The position numbers and the translations under genes were made by a program. This document shows positions 25,802-37,959 of a DNA stretch of 64,000 nt, one piece after another. Origin of the DNA: Felis catus (Eukaryota). Every line of letters begins with the position of its first letter. Positions within the stretch are counted from its first letter, which is position 1. The DNA is taken from contig NC_058368.1 of the NCBI RefSeq assembly GCF_018350175.1, positions 155,002,001-155,066,000 on the forward strand, in the 5' to 3' direction. The notes beneath the pieces are model-generated. The model did not search any database. It worked only from the letters and a program-made list of their open reading frames with translations, and was not told where the DNA came from.

Positions 25802-27355
25802 AGTACCTGACTCTTCTAAGTATTATATTTATACATGAAGCGTAATATACAATAAATATTATTTAATAGTACATAAGCATATGTGTATATTATATGCTTA
25901 TATAGTATAATATGATAAAATCTATGTTTATTTATATGTAGAAAGTGCCGAGGACAATAAGTAATACATAAAACATCTGTCAAATACAAAAATAAATGCT
26001 TAAGTGGAGTTGATGCAGTCTGATTAGTGTGGAAGCAACATGTTTTTTTTAAAAAAGGACAAAACACTCTTGTCTATGTTGTTTCCAATTTTCTTTTATT
26101 ATTTTGCTTCATTGGTCCATATTTTGTTGACTTCCACATTTGACTTACATCAAAGTTGAGTTGAAGCTCTAAGGAAACGACCAATCACAGAGCTTTCATT
26201 TTCCATCAGCAGAGATCTCAAAACGTCCAGAGACAGCTGTCCGTCCATGGGAGGATATTTGGGGTTCTTTCCGCCCCCCAGATTTGCCCCCAGTCAATCT
26301 CATCTGCCATTTGTCAGGCACACCACACTGTAGCATGTTCTCAGCAGTGGTCTGTCAAGACCCTAAGGAGCTAAATATCATCTGTAAAGCTCGTGATTTC
26401 AATGTTTACTCGATTTTCAGAACATTTATAACCTGGTAAATATGGCAGCAGCCCTGGGTCTCCAGAGACGCCGCTGCTTTTACTTCTCTCGTCTACGTTT
26501 TGTTTACTTGGTGTCTTTTAATAAGGGCTGCGATCCTGATTGGTTTAACTCTTAGGATGATTCCAAGGTTCTTTTTCTTAGAAACAAGTAGGAAGGAAGA
26601 AAATTATTTGCATCAAAAAAAATTCCTTAGTGGAAAAAAAATTAAATACATGAAAGTAAAATGCCCGAGGCCAGAACAAGGGTAAGTGCCTGGCTGCCTG
26701 AGATGTCAGATTGATTTGCTTCCTGCATTTTTGTCATAATTCTAGTTTTTTTCCTCCTGTTCATCATGCTATCTGAGGGCTTCTAGTATTCTTGAAATGA
26801 TTTTGAGTAGATTTAATTGTTGCTCAAGGTATCCCTCATTGAATGGCAAAAGCAGTTGAGACCACACAACTGGGATTCTGAGGGATTCCTGAATAAAACC
26901 AGAGTTCTGTGCAAGAACATACAAGGAGCTGCCAGAATTTGGGGGGATCTCACACCAAAATCATATTCCTGAAAACGTTATAACTGGGCCATCCATCTGG
27001 TTTCCTGGAATTAAAAACAGAAACCTTCCTGCTTTCTCTCTTCACTCAAAGGGTAAAAACCAAAATACAACAAACATTTCAAAGCAATGAGTCCTTCTAC
27101 TTTAATGCTCTAAAAAAATATTTTTTTAATAAACATTCTTAAAGAAAAAAAGCTTTACTCTAGAGGAGACATCCATGATTGAATTCTCAAGCAGGGAATT
27201 AATGAAAAAATTTCTAAAACTTTATGTGTTAAAGTCTTGAGGAGAAGCACAAGTAAGGCCTACAAAACTTTTCTTTTCTTACTATATTATGTCTGAAGTC
27301 ACAGTATGGAAATGCTAAAATTTAGCTAATAATTTAAAGTACACAATTTAATTTT

Positions 27356-27574
27356 TTTAATTTTTTTTTATCTTGATTTCTTTTTTGAGAGGCAAGACAG
27401 AGACAGAGTGCAAGCGAGGGAGGAACAGAGAGAGGGGGAGACACATAATCCGAAGCAGGTTCCATGCTCTGAGCTGGCAACACAGAGCCTGACGTGTGGC
27501 TTGAACTCACGAACCGTGAGATCATGACCCGAGCCAAAGTCAGACGCTTATCCAACTGAGCCACCCAGGCGCCC
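27356..27574 (-). mobile_element. Can-SINE (SINEC_Fc-type)
   Basis: Perfect TSD aagtacacaatttaatttt at 27337-27355 and 27575-27593. Confidence 0.97.
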
Positions 27575-27594
27575 AAGTACACAATTTAATTTTG

Positions 27595-28070
27595 ATTCAA
27601 CAAATGCCTCTTTGTTGGCATCAACTATGTGAAAGCCACTGTGCTAGACTTTGCACTAGACTTTGTGGGAGGTGCAATAATATAAAAATCATTCTTAATA
27701 TCATTCCCCCAAGGAACATATAATCTAGTGAAGAAATTGTCATAGTCCACAGTAACTGTTATATAATAATATACAGTGCTTAGTAAGGACTATGCACTAA
27801 ACACTTTACCTATATCAGTGTGGATAAGCCTCACCACAACGTGTTAGAAATGAGGAAACCAAGGCACAAAGACATTAAGTGACTTGTCCAAAAACCACAA
27901 AGACATTAATGATAGAGCTGGAGATGAGCTCAAACTGGCCACCAGCTCCACACTGTGAACTACTATTCCTCTCTAAGCAAAATTATATGTTGTGTCAAAT
28001 AAAAGTTAGAGTGCAATGAGAACTAAGAAAGGAAACTAACAATCAAGGGTGCCGAGGGAAGGACATTTCT
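27595..28070 (-). mobile_element. L2 3' end with nested MIR (about 27765-27970)
   Basis: 'attcaacaaatgcctc...ccactgtgctagac' (L2) and 'atgaggaaaccaaggcacaaagacattaagtgacttgtccaa' (MIR). Confidence 0.7.
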
Positions 28071-28201
28071 CACCAGGGCTGATTAAGTTCCACTGAGGTA
28101 AGAATTTGCAAGAGGCCCACAGAAGTTTTGCGTTTCCTCTCAGTTCTCTGTCAAGTGTTAAATTTTGATCATCTCAATTATTGTAATAATTATATCCTAT
28201 A

Positions 28202-28492
28202 CGTATTGATCCATTTGGGCTACACTAACAAAATACCATAAAGTGGGGAGTTTAGGGACAACAATGCATAAAGTTTGGAAGTCCAAGATCAGGGTGCCAG
28301 CACGGTTGGAAAAGAGCCCTCTTCTGAGTGGCAGACTTTGTCACATGGGTAGCCCTCTGAGACATCTCTTATAAGGGCACTAATATCTTTCATGAGGCCT
28401 CTGAAAAAGCCCTACTTTCTAATAACATCACCTTGGGAATTATGTTTTCAATGTATAAATTTGGAGAGGACCCAAACATTTAGACCAGAACA
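28202..28492 (-). mobile_element. MaLR solo LTR (MLT1A-like)
   Basis: 'ggaagtccaagatcagggtgccagcacgg', 'ttataagggcactaat' and 'caaacatttagaccagaaca'; 5-bp TSD ctata/ctatg. Confidence 0.9.
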
Positions 28493-28539
28493 CTATGTTT
28501 CATAGTAGTTCATGTTCACTTACTAAGCAAAGCATAGGA

Positions 28540-29210
28540 CTCATTATTTCCATTTTACAGGTGAAAAGACAAAGGCTTAAATCATTTAAATATTTTTCCA
28601 AAGTACTGAAATAACTAAGTAAGCTGCAGAGAAGCATCTCAAAGGTAAATATTGAGTTGGACCTTAAGGAGTAGTAGTATTTCAATAGGCAAAAGTATGG
28701 TGGAATGTTTTAGGCAAAGGTTGAATAAAGCACGAAGATTCAAGATCAGATCGGGTAAAAACATGCAAGAGGAAGTCATGGATCAGTCGAGTTTGGCCGG
28801 GATATAGGATTCATCGAGGAGATAAGCCGTTGGCTTTAGTTTCATAAATGTTCACTTTATGATGATGGCAATGATCTCCAAGAGAAAAAATCCAACAAGC
28901 AACAGGAAATATGAGTATGTGGCTCTGGAGAGTTGGTGCTGGCAATAAAAGACTGGAAGTCATCTTGTGGGAGTGATAATTGAAGCTGTGGGAACAGACC
29001 AAATGACTAAGGGAGGGAATGTAGAGCTTCAGTTATAGTGAGGAGGCCAGAGGACATGTCAGCATGCAGGGTGGGAAAAGAAGAGAAAACAATGACTAAA
29101 ATACAGGAGAAACAATCCTAGGACCAGAAAACAGACTAAGATAGCAATGTCCAAGAAGGCAAGAGAAGATTACAAGAAGGATCAGGTGGTCAGGATGTCA
29201 AATGCTATTA
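28540..29210 (-). mobile_element. MIR fragment (28540-28630) followed by L2 (28640-29210)
   Basis: 'ttccattttacaggtgaaaagac' (MIR); 'ctggaagtcatcttgtgggagtgataattgaagctgtggga' and 'tggtcaggatgtcaaatgct' (L2). Confidence 0.7.
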
Positions 29211-29797
29211 TTTTTTAACATGCACAAAAAAAACCAAAAACAGCTTGTGCTTTTAAACAAATACAAAAAAAAAATTAAAATGTCTGTCTACATTGATTCT
29301 GCAAGCATCATTTACTCAGAATCGTGCAACCTATCCTGGGAAACAATTCCATAAAACATTATCGACAAGTGCCTATGGACATGAAGCTCTCCCTTGGGAG
29401 GAAAAACATTAAAACATCCTCATATTCACCAAAAAATATTATGGAAATTTTATAGGAATCCGAAGCACAGCAATACTTAGTTTTTTTCTCTGATATACAT
29501 CTCATAATTTAAAGAGAATATCAATATTTTCTCTAAAAATAGAGGTCTTTATTAATAGCATAGCAAGTGATCTGGCCTTCAGTTAATCAAAATGTAGTCA
29601 TAGTGCACATGCAGATACATGCATATACTAAAGTTCCATATTCAGATAATTTTTATCAAGTGGGTAGAAATCACCTTAGGTAAGAGAACTTCAGTCCTGG
29701 TCCAAAGTGAGCACTTTGCAAAAAAGAAAAAAAAAAAAAAAAAAAGGAAGAGACTGTGGGCCAATTGTCTTCTAGAGTTTCTGGTTTCTTTCTAATT

Positions 29798-29847
29798 CTA
29801 ACATCCTAACATCCTAACATCCTACCATCCTTCACATCCTAACATCC
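29798..29847 (+). repeat. Octamer tandem repeat (CTAACATC), about 6 copies
   Basis: Directly visible, with two variant units. Confidence 0.9.
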
Positions 29848-31016
29848 CAATGACTTCCTGAATCCTTAGCGATGTGAACACACACATACTATATCTCAGA
29901 TATTAAAATTATATTTGCCAAGACCAAGAGAATATACCGAAGGCAGAATTGAAGTACTAATTATGCACCTGATTTTTCAACATCCTCTCCTGTCCTCTGT
30001 GCAAACCTGAAATCTTATTCTCAAAATGAGATCCCTTCTCTTGCCTACTTAACCCTCCTCTCCCTCCTTTCTCCCGACTCTATTTTCTGCCTTTGTTATT
30101 CTGTGTAAAATTGAACGTATACATCACATTGATATTTCGTTCCTAATGACAGCAACATTTATTCCCGGAGGGTTTCTTAGTTAGCCTATTTCACCTGTGG
30201 CAGTCTTAGGTAAATCTCAGATTGGAATTCCTACACCAATCTCAATGGATCCTTTCTCATCTTGCCCCTAGGCCTGCGAGGTATGGAATCCATGGTGTGT
30301 TCTGATTCTATTCAATGATAAGGCAGGAGCGGAGATTAGATGTGCTCTGAACTGTATTCATGTTCTCTCCTTTTAGTTGCCTAGGAGAAGGAAGAAATCT
30401 GTAGAAAAATATTTCAGAAAATCTTTTCTGAATTGATACGTAGTGCATCTTGCCTTTTTTATACAAGGTGACAGTGTGTGCAAGATGTAAAGATGAGTTT
30501 GCTCAGGCAATTACCCCTTGTTGATAGCAGATTATTTCCTCTGGCAAACTCGAAAATAACTTGTTGGTGTAGAAGTTACTGCTGTTCTGGGGATGTGGTA
30601 ATTTACTCTCCTGCCTTTTTTATGAGCACATTTATTTTAATCAGTAGAGTTCAGACTAGCTCTTTTTCATCGAACTCCATCTCTTTTGGAGTTATGCACC
30701 TTCTAACGTGTAACGAAGGAAGGTCCTTCTCCACACACAGGAGAAAAGAGGCATGAAATATTTTTGAAAAAAGTGCTCTTTGCACAGGAAATCATATCTC
30801 ATGATCTTTTTTTTCCACCTTGAAAACGCAACATACTCGTGACAAGAACTGTCACCCAAATTATTCTTCTTATTATTATTATTGATGAAAATAATGTCTC
30901 ACCTCACAGAGCAACTCAACATTATCTTTCACTCTGGGGAATGAAAACAGAATAATTACACACATTAGGATGAAGAAAAACACGGAACAATTCTGATTGG
31001 CAAGATCGACACAGTA

Positions 31017-31322
31017 TTTTTGTGAGGTATAGTTGACATACAATATTGTATTAACTTCAGATGTACACTGTGAAGTAGTCACCACAAAAAGTCTAGTTAC
31101 CATCTGTCACTTTTCAAAGTTAATGCACTGTTATTGGCTGTATTCTTCACCCTGTACATTACATCTCCATGATTTATTTATTGTATAACTTGAAGTCTGT
31201 ACTTCTTAATCCCTTTCACCCATTTTGCCACCCTCCAAACCCCTTCCCTCCGACAACCTCCCATCTGTTCTCTGTATCTGTAATCCTGTGTTGGGTTTCG
31301 TTTGGTTTGCTTCCTTGTTTTA
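31017..31322 (-). mobile_element. 5'-truncated carnivore L1 3' end (L1_Carn-like)
   Basis: 'gaggtatagttgacatacaatattgtatta' and 'agtctagttaccatctgtcac'; probable degenerate TSD cga(c/t)acag. Confidence 0.85.
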
Positions 31323-32398
31323 AAACCGATACAGCTTTTAAGAAATAATACAGGTTGTATACTTTACTGAATGCCTGCAGAATACAAGCAAGCTGGAGAG
31401 TTTTACTCCCTTTACCATTTTGCAGATGAAAAGGAAAAGAGTCAAGAAAAAAGAAAAAAAGGAACTGTGGCATCCAGGAACTTTGATGGGCATCAAACAA
31501 ATATTTTAACTATGATCCCTTGCCTCTTCTATTATATGGCCTCTCCTAAGAGGTACTCTTAGCCATCCCCCTGCAGAGTTCTTACTACTTCTCATAGAAG
31601 TATAGAGAAAGCAAAATTCATTTGCTAACATTAATCCCTGGCTGGCTGACTATAGAAGAATCTAGAATCTAGAAGTCTAGAAGAATGCTTTACTTCTGAT
31701 GAATGTTCAGTATGTGATAAAGAAGTAGATCATCTATTTTTCTCTGCTATAGACACCAACAACATTAGGGCTCCACCACTCAGGTCTTGCCTAGAGAAAG
31801 GCAAATCTTGACTGATGGAGCAAAGACACCAAAAGCTAAGTGCATGTATTCTTGACAGTATCTGTTGCTAATCACTTACGTTCTTGTTACCCTATTGTCC
31901 CCAGTCACAAAACACTAGGTAGTAATTTCCCTCTAATCTTGAGATTTATTAAGAGGGCAAAGGAAATCTAAGAATCATTTGGCTTTCTTGAAAATACAAG
32001 GAACATAATTTGAATGCATTACTAACTGGTATTTATTCCATGGAAAGTTTTCACTCAAGTGAAAGCAGAATATCACAAATAATTTTCTTGTTTAGAAAGA
32101 AAATTGAGAGAGAAAAATCAAGAACTGCAAGATTATTTCACAGATAGTTTCATGACTCTTTTCATACAAAACATATCTTGGCAAGTCACTAGTATATATG
32201 ACATCATCCATGCAAACTCACAAAGCCAATTCAGCATAGATCCACATCAACAATAATATTTTCACCTAGAAATCTCATGTATTTATGTGTTAAATATATT
32301 AATAACTAAGCAGAACAGCAGAAAAGGTTTTCATGATTTTTTTTTTTGGTGCTGCTGAATAAGTGAAAGTTCTCTTATGAGTCTAGCAGCAAAAAAAA

Positions 32399-32400
<2 letters not shown>

Positions 32401-32450
<50 letters not shown>
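32401..32450 (+). repeat. (AC)n(AT)n microsatellite
   Basis: Directly visible. Confidence 0.99.
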
Positions 32451-33861
32451 TAGGTGATTACAAGGAGACAGATCAAATCTATACTGAAGTAGGAATCCAT
32501 AGCATATTTTTTTTAGATTTCAAAACTATTCAGCTTACAAATCTTTTCTCCTTAACAAACTGTTGTCAAATCTGAAAATATATACTAAACAGATGCTCAA
32601 TTTTCTTCAATATAAAAAACCCTCTACAAGAGAAAGTACAGAAAGTTATTGATATATATATGTATATAACTGTATTAATACTATATTGATATATATCAAT
32701 AATTATGTTTATGATTAACTTGTTCAATAAATATTGAATATTACACCATTTAAATCATACAGGCTCTTCTAATTTCTGATGAATATAAACAATTTAAATT
32801 TTAATGTATTACAAATGCCGCTCCTATTATTGACTGATATTAAAAGTAATGAAAGCGAAAATCATTTTAATGACATAATTGTTGAGCACTTTGCCAATAA
32901 GTAGTCTCAAATAATTAAGAGTAGCTGAATTATTTAATGTGGAAATTGTGGGAAATTAAAATTTCTGGGAGATTTTATTATGTCTCCCTAACCAAATGAA
33001 GTTTAAAAAGCAAAAACGTATCACCAGAAGAAAAATAGAACTTCCTCAAAAAGATCCCAGGAAAAAATTTAATGAAATAAATTTTAAAAAACATAAAAAG
33101 CCACAAAGACTGGATCATTTTATCACAAAACACTATACCACATCTCATATATTGAAAACTATAATGTAAAGAGCTCTAAATCATATCTCAAAAATAGCTT
33201 CTTTTCTTCCATTCTGGAAGTGGTATCTACTCTGATGCCACTGCTCTGAGCCATTTTACCAACAAGAGAGCTAGTGCAATTCCATCCGAACTTTATAGAA
33301 TATAACCTATAAATATTGGTCCTAATAAAACATTAAATGATATAACTGGACAGACAACTTTCTTGCACTTAAGCATATCAAATTACTCAATGAAGATGTT
33401 TACTTACAAGAATTAAAATTATGTACATTGAAAAGATACCTCTATATTACCAGCACTAATCTGGAATACTTAATATTAGCTCCATAAGAGTAATAGATTT
33501 AAATACTGTTAGTTACATTATGATCCCTTGAAAAGGAGAGTGAGTTTGGGAGGGGGAAGGGAGAAGAATACAAAAATGAATACATCATACATCTTGCATC
33601 AAAAGGTAACTTTTAGTAGCAGCAGTTAGGGTATTATGGGCGAAGAATCTTCTGAAAAAAAGAACTATGCAACAGAACCTCACCCAAGGGCTGGGGGATA
33701 AAGAACTAGCCTCTGCTATTGATATTTTCTCTTCCTGCCTGTTGTTTTTGACTGATAGTGCTGGGGAGAAATAGAATCAGCTTCAGGAAAAACTCCATCT
33801 ACTGGAGAAAAAGAAACTCCATCTACTTAGTGATTTAAAAAAAAAAAAAAAAAAGTTTCTG

Positions 33862-33960
33862 AAGCCAGGCAGCTTGAGTTAGAATCCCAGGGCCACCCCT
33901 TACCAGTCTATAACCTTGGGCAATTTGTACAATAACTTAGCTTTGGTTATCCCTTCTTTG

Positions 33961-34005
<45 letters not shown>

Positions 34006-34200
34006 CTAGCTAGCTAGCTAGCTAGATAGATAGATAAAGGAGAAGGGGAGTGGAGGAAGGAGAGTTTGGAGGAGGAAGAAGATAGTCCCCCATCTATAAA
34101 AATGGATAATAGCCTCATTTGAAGATCACATAAATTATTACATATAAAACCCTTAGAATAACGCCTGGTAGATACTAATTTCTCAACAGATGTTCACTAA
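33862..34200 (+). mobile_element. MIR interrupted by a simple-repeat block
   Basis: 'gaagccaggcagcttgagttagaatccc...taaccttgggcaa' then 'cccatctataaaaatggataatag...cttagaataacgcctgg'. Confidence 0.8.
33961..34035 (+). repeat. Compound (AGAT)10-(TAGC)n-(AGAT)n microsatellite
   Basis: Directly visible. Confidence 0.98.
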
Positions 34201-34314
34201 CATAGAAAAAGCAAAAAATAAAACAAGAGAAACAGTGGTGGCAGCAGCAATAGCCTAGTTCCAGAGAACGAACATGACATGATTCAGTTGGGAGGGGCTG
34301 TCTCCAAAGGAGAG

Positions 34315-34500
34315 AGCCGAATACACTAGAGAGTCAAAAAAAGTCTTGAGATCTCATCTGCCCTGGTTTTGCCAATACCTTTCTGTGTGGCCTTGGGCAC
34401 GTCACGTAATGTTTGTGCACTTCATTGTTCTGTCTTATCTATTTCAATTTGAGGATTGCTAGGCTCTCTCCCACCTCTTAAATATCCACTTGTCTATGAC
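34315..34500 (+). mobile_element. MIR3/MIRc-like remnant
   Basis: Core 'ctgtgtggccttgggcacgtcacgtaat'. Confidence 0.55.
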
Positions 34501-36306
34501 ACCTAGGGAAGAATAATCTGGCAACCATTGCTTAGTGTATGCTCCTAGGCTAAGTCCTTTTCACATGTTTGTTTTTGCCTCGCAGAGGATTCAGACAAGC
34601 AACCAGGAGCACGTGGAGGGGTGAATATTACAATGACATAGAATTAGGCCCTCAGATGGAACGCCATTTAACTCCCACACTCTCAGCTGCATGTATGTAC
34701 TCTTAGGCATCTTGACCAACAAATTCTACGTACTAAAGAGTGGTGTACCTTACCTTGGTGCTCTGATAGAATAAATTCCTATCACATAGCAAATTTTTAA
34801 ATTGAGACATTTATTCTATTTCATTATAATGTGTAAATTGTTACTTTCTACTCGAGTGCCCAGAGTTAAATTGAAGATGCATACACAAAGTGAAACTATT
34901 CCTCTAATAAAACCACTGACATGTTAAGAAGGTTCCCATTTTAGTTATTTATGCTGTTTTCTTTCATTTTTAAAGATGACACTATCCTTTATTACACATT
35001 CTGAATATGTGTGTTATACTTGTACAACATATTTTCTTTCCATGACCCATTAAAGTAGCATAATGCTTTCTATATTCATGCATCTCTTAGCACACAACCT
35101 ATAGTTTTAAATATTTTTGCATTCTTTCTCAGAGGAAAAAAAATGAGTTTTGTAGTGAAGAAAAAACTTGGCCAATTATGTCATTTTTATCTCAGTTTCA
35201 ACTTAGCATTATCTTAGGCTTAGTAGTAACAAATGATAAAATGACAAATAAATTCTGACATTCCCCGCATAATCTACATTCTTGGCCATCGACTCTTCAT
35301 TTTACCAGCCTCTTAAGAAATGTTTTTTAAAAAAGAAAAAAGAAAACCTCACACATGACTGCCAATCTAACCCATTCCATTATGTGTGTCATGCTGCCGA
35401 AACGAACTTGGAATCTAGAAGTACCAAGTGCCACAATTCGTCTCCTTGTGACTCACAGCGCCAGATGACAAGCAAGCCTCTGTCCTCCAACAGCACCAGA
35501 AACAGTGGAGGATCCGGGTGGGTGTTTGTGGTGTTGTGAATAGACCTGGTGAGAGGCAGGAATCCAAGGCTCAAGCTTCCGGCACGTACCACCATGCTGA
35601 CAGATGGCATATTCTTGGCCAGAGTCCAAGGACCCTGGTCACCTAGTGAACTTTCCCTGACTCCGTGCTATGTCAATATCCCAGACATCCAGTGACACAG
35701 GACTTGCTTATGAATCATTCTGCTAGAAGCTGCCTCTATGTATGTTTTCTGAATGAATGTTCATAAAGGTATTTTGCCCGAACTAAGCAAGACTGTTCAG
35801 CACTTTGTCACACAATTACTGTGGGTTGTATCAACAGAGAAAGTGTGCTTTATAATTTAGTCCTAATGAATTTTTTGACCCATAAATCAATGAGCCTGTT
35901 ACAGATTGAATAATAATATTTGCTTCCTGAAAGCGAGTATGATATCAACAAGGTCACAGTTTACTGTCATTTTTAATAGGGGAAAAAATGTACTCAAGGG
36001 GCATTTAACATATTTTGACAAGGTGACCCACAATTATCCATTAACATTGTATTTGTCTAAGCCCTACTGCATTGATATGCAGGGACCATGTAATAGTTCA
36101 TTGATGTCTCACTTGGGGGTGGAGAATAAGGCAAGTGGGACCTTTCCAAGGTCTTTCACAGCCAGAATGTATCTTGCTATTGCTGTATTGATTAAACATT
36201 TGGATAGTTAATCAACACAGCTCAGCCCTTTTAACCTGCCATATGCGGTATCCAAAAAAAACCAAAAAACAAAAAAATAAAAAACAAAGGAGGGATAGAT
36301 GGACAG

Positions 36307-36309
36307 AAG

Positions 36310-36362
<53 letters not shown>

Positions 36363-36378
36363 GAGAGAGAAAGAGAAA
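36307..36378 (+). repeat. (GA)n microsatellite
   Basis: Directly visible. Confidence 0.98.
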
Positions 36379-37159
36379 CCATGAGGATATATTTTTCTAA
36401 CTTTCAAATGTAGCAGATAAAGTACATCTTTCCAGATAATAGGACTATAATAAACGGTCATAGTGTTCAGTGTGGTATTGAACCGAAAGATGTCTGGACT
36501 TTTTGGACTGTTCTTGCTTGACTTGATTTTTCAACATTTTAAGTGGGTTAAAATCTCACAGTCTTTGCCAGCATCAGGTTGTGTTCTTTACAGTGACCTA
36601 AGTTAAGTCCATGCTTGATTTCCTCTTCAGATAGAATATTCATGAAATTCAAAACAGACCTAACTGGAGCTCCCCACTTGGGAATGACTGGTTTATTTCT
36701 ACCTCTAGAAATCTATATATTTCTTGTCAGATGTACCAATATTCTGATATCTTCTTCTCTTGTTTATAATCTCATCATCTCAGTGCCTCTTTTCCTCTAT
36801 GAGATATATAAAAATATCTGTATCAACTTTTCTATGTGCAAAATACTCAGTTTTGCTTTTCTTTATTTCCTCTCCTAAATCTTTTGCCTTCCACCTTTTT
36901 TTTTTTTTTTTGTAACTGAGCAATTAAATCCTCCTATAGATCACTAATTCCTGCTATGCTCCTTCTTCAGCTTCTTACACTGGTAAGGAACAAGGTTATA
37001 TACCACTCACCTCACATTCTGCTGTATAAATCCATTTGGGGTATTTAAATGATACCCTCAACTCAATATACATAATAATTCATGTATAGTCATGGTGAAT
37101 TATACTCTATTTTCTTCACCTGTTTATTTTGATGAACAGTTTCTAACACTTTACTTAAA

Positions 37160-37307
37160 ACATTTTTTCCCAAAGTTGTTTGATAATAAGAACTACCAAT
37201 TCTAATCAGACCCACTGGATTATAATATTCAAGGACAAGACCTAGGAATGTGTAATTTAACAAGCAGCTTAGGAGATTCTCAGGGTCAGGAAATTTTGGG
37301 ATCCACT
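37160..37307. mobile_element. MER5-family hAT-Charlie remnant
   Basis: 'cagacccactggattataat...cctaggaatgtgtaatttaacaagc...ggagattct...tttgggatccact'. Confidence 0.55.
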
Positions 37308-37509
37308 TATTTAATCCATTCTTCATCCATTTGTTCCATAAAATCATAAAAAAATCTGCTGATATCTTTAAGAATTTAGCTCAAAAATGCATCTGTAACA
37401 AGACTCTTATCTGATTAAGCACACTTACTGAGCACTTTCCATTGACAGTAATTTACATATATAATCGCATTCACCCTGCTGCTAAGTTCATTCTATCCGT
37501 TTTTTGGTT

Positions 37510-37959
37510 TTTGTGATCAACACATACATGACCATGTATATGTGATTATACAGATTATAATGTCTATTTTGAGAGAAGACTCCCTCTTCTTCTCTGGTTT
37601 TGACAAAGCAAATTGCCATGTTGTGAGTTACCATATAGAAAGGGTCATTCATCAAGAAGAAGAGAGTAGTCCTCCACCAACAAGAAACAAGAAACTGAGA
37701 CCCTCAGTTTGGCAGCCTATGAAGAATCAAATGCTGCCAACAGTCATGTAACCTTGGAAGTGGATCTTTTCCCAGGCAAGTCTCAGATGAAATCGTAGCC
37801 CCACCAATACATTGATTGTGGCTGTGAGACCCTAAAGCAGGAAGCCTAGCTAAACTGTGCCCCAATTCCTAATCTACAGAAACTATGTGATAAAAAATGT
37901 GTTGTGTTCAATGCTAACTTTGTAGCGATATTATTACACAGCAGCAGACAAGTAAAACT
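37510..37959 (+). mobile_element. MaLR solo LTR (MLT1E/F-like)
   Basis: 'caagaaactgagaccctcag', 'cttggaagtggatcttttcccag', 'cctagctaaactgtgccc' and 'tacacagcagcagacaagtaaaac'. Confidence 0.85.

Noticed and set aside
32646..32702. AT-rich palindromes such as tattgatatatatcaata
   Set aside because: Expected from (AT)n low-complexity sequence.
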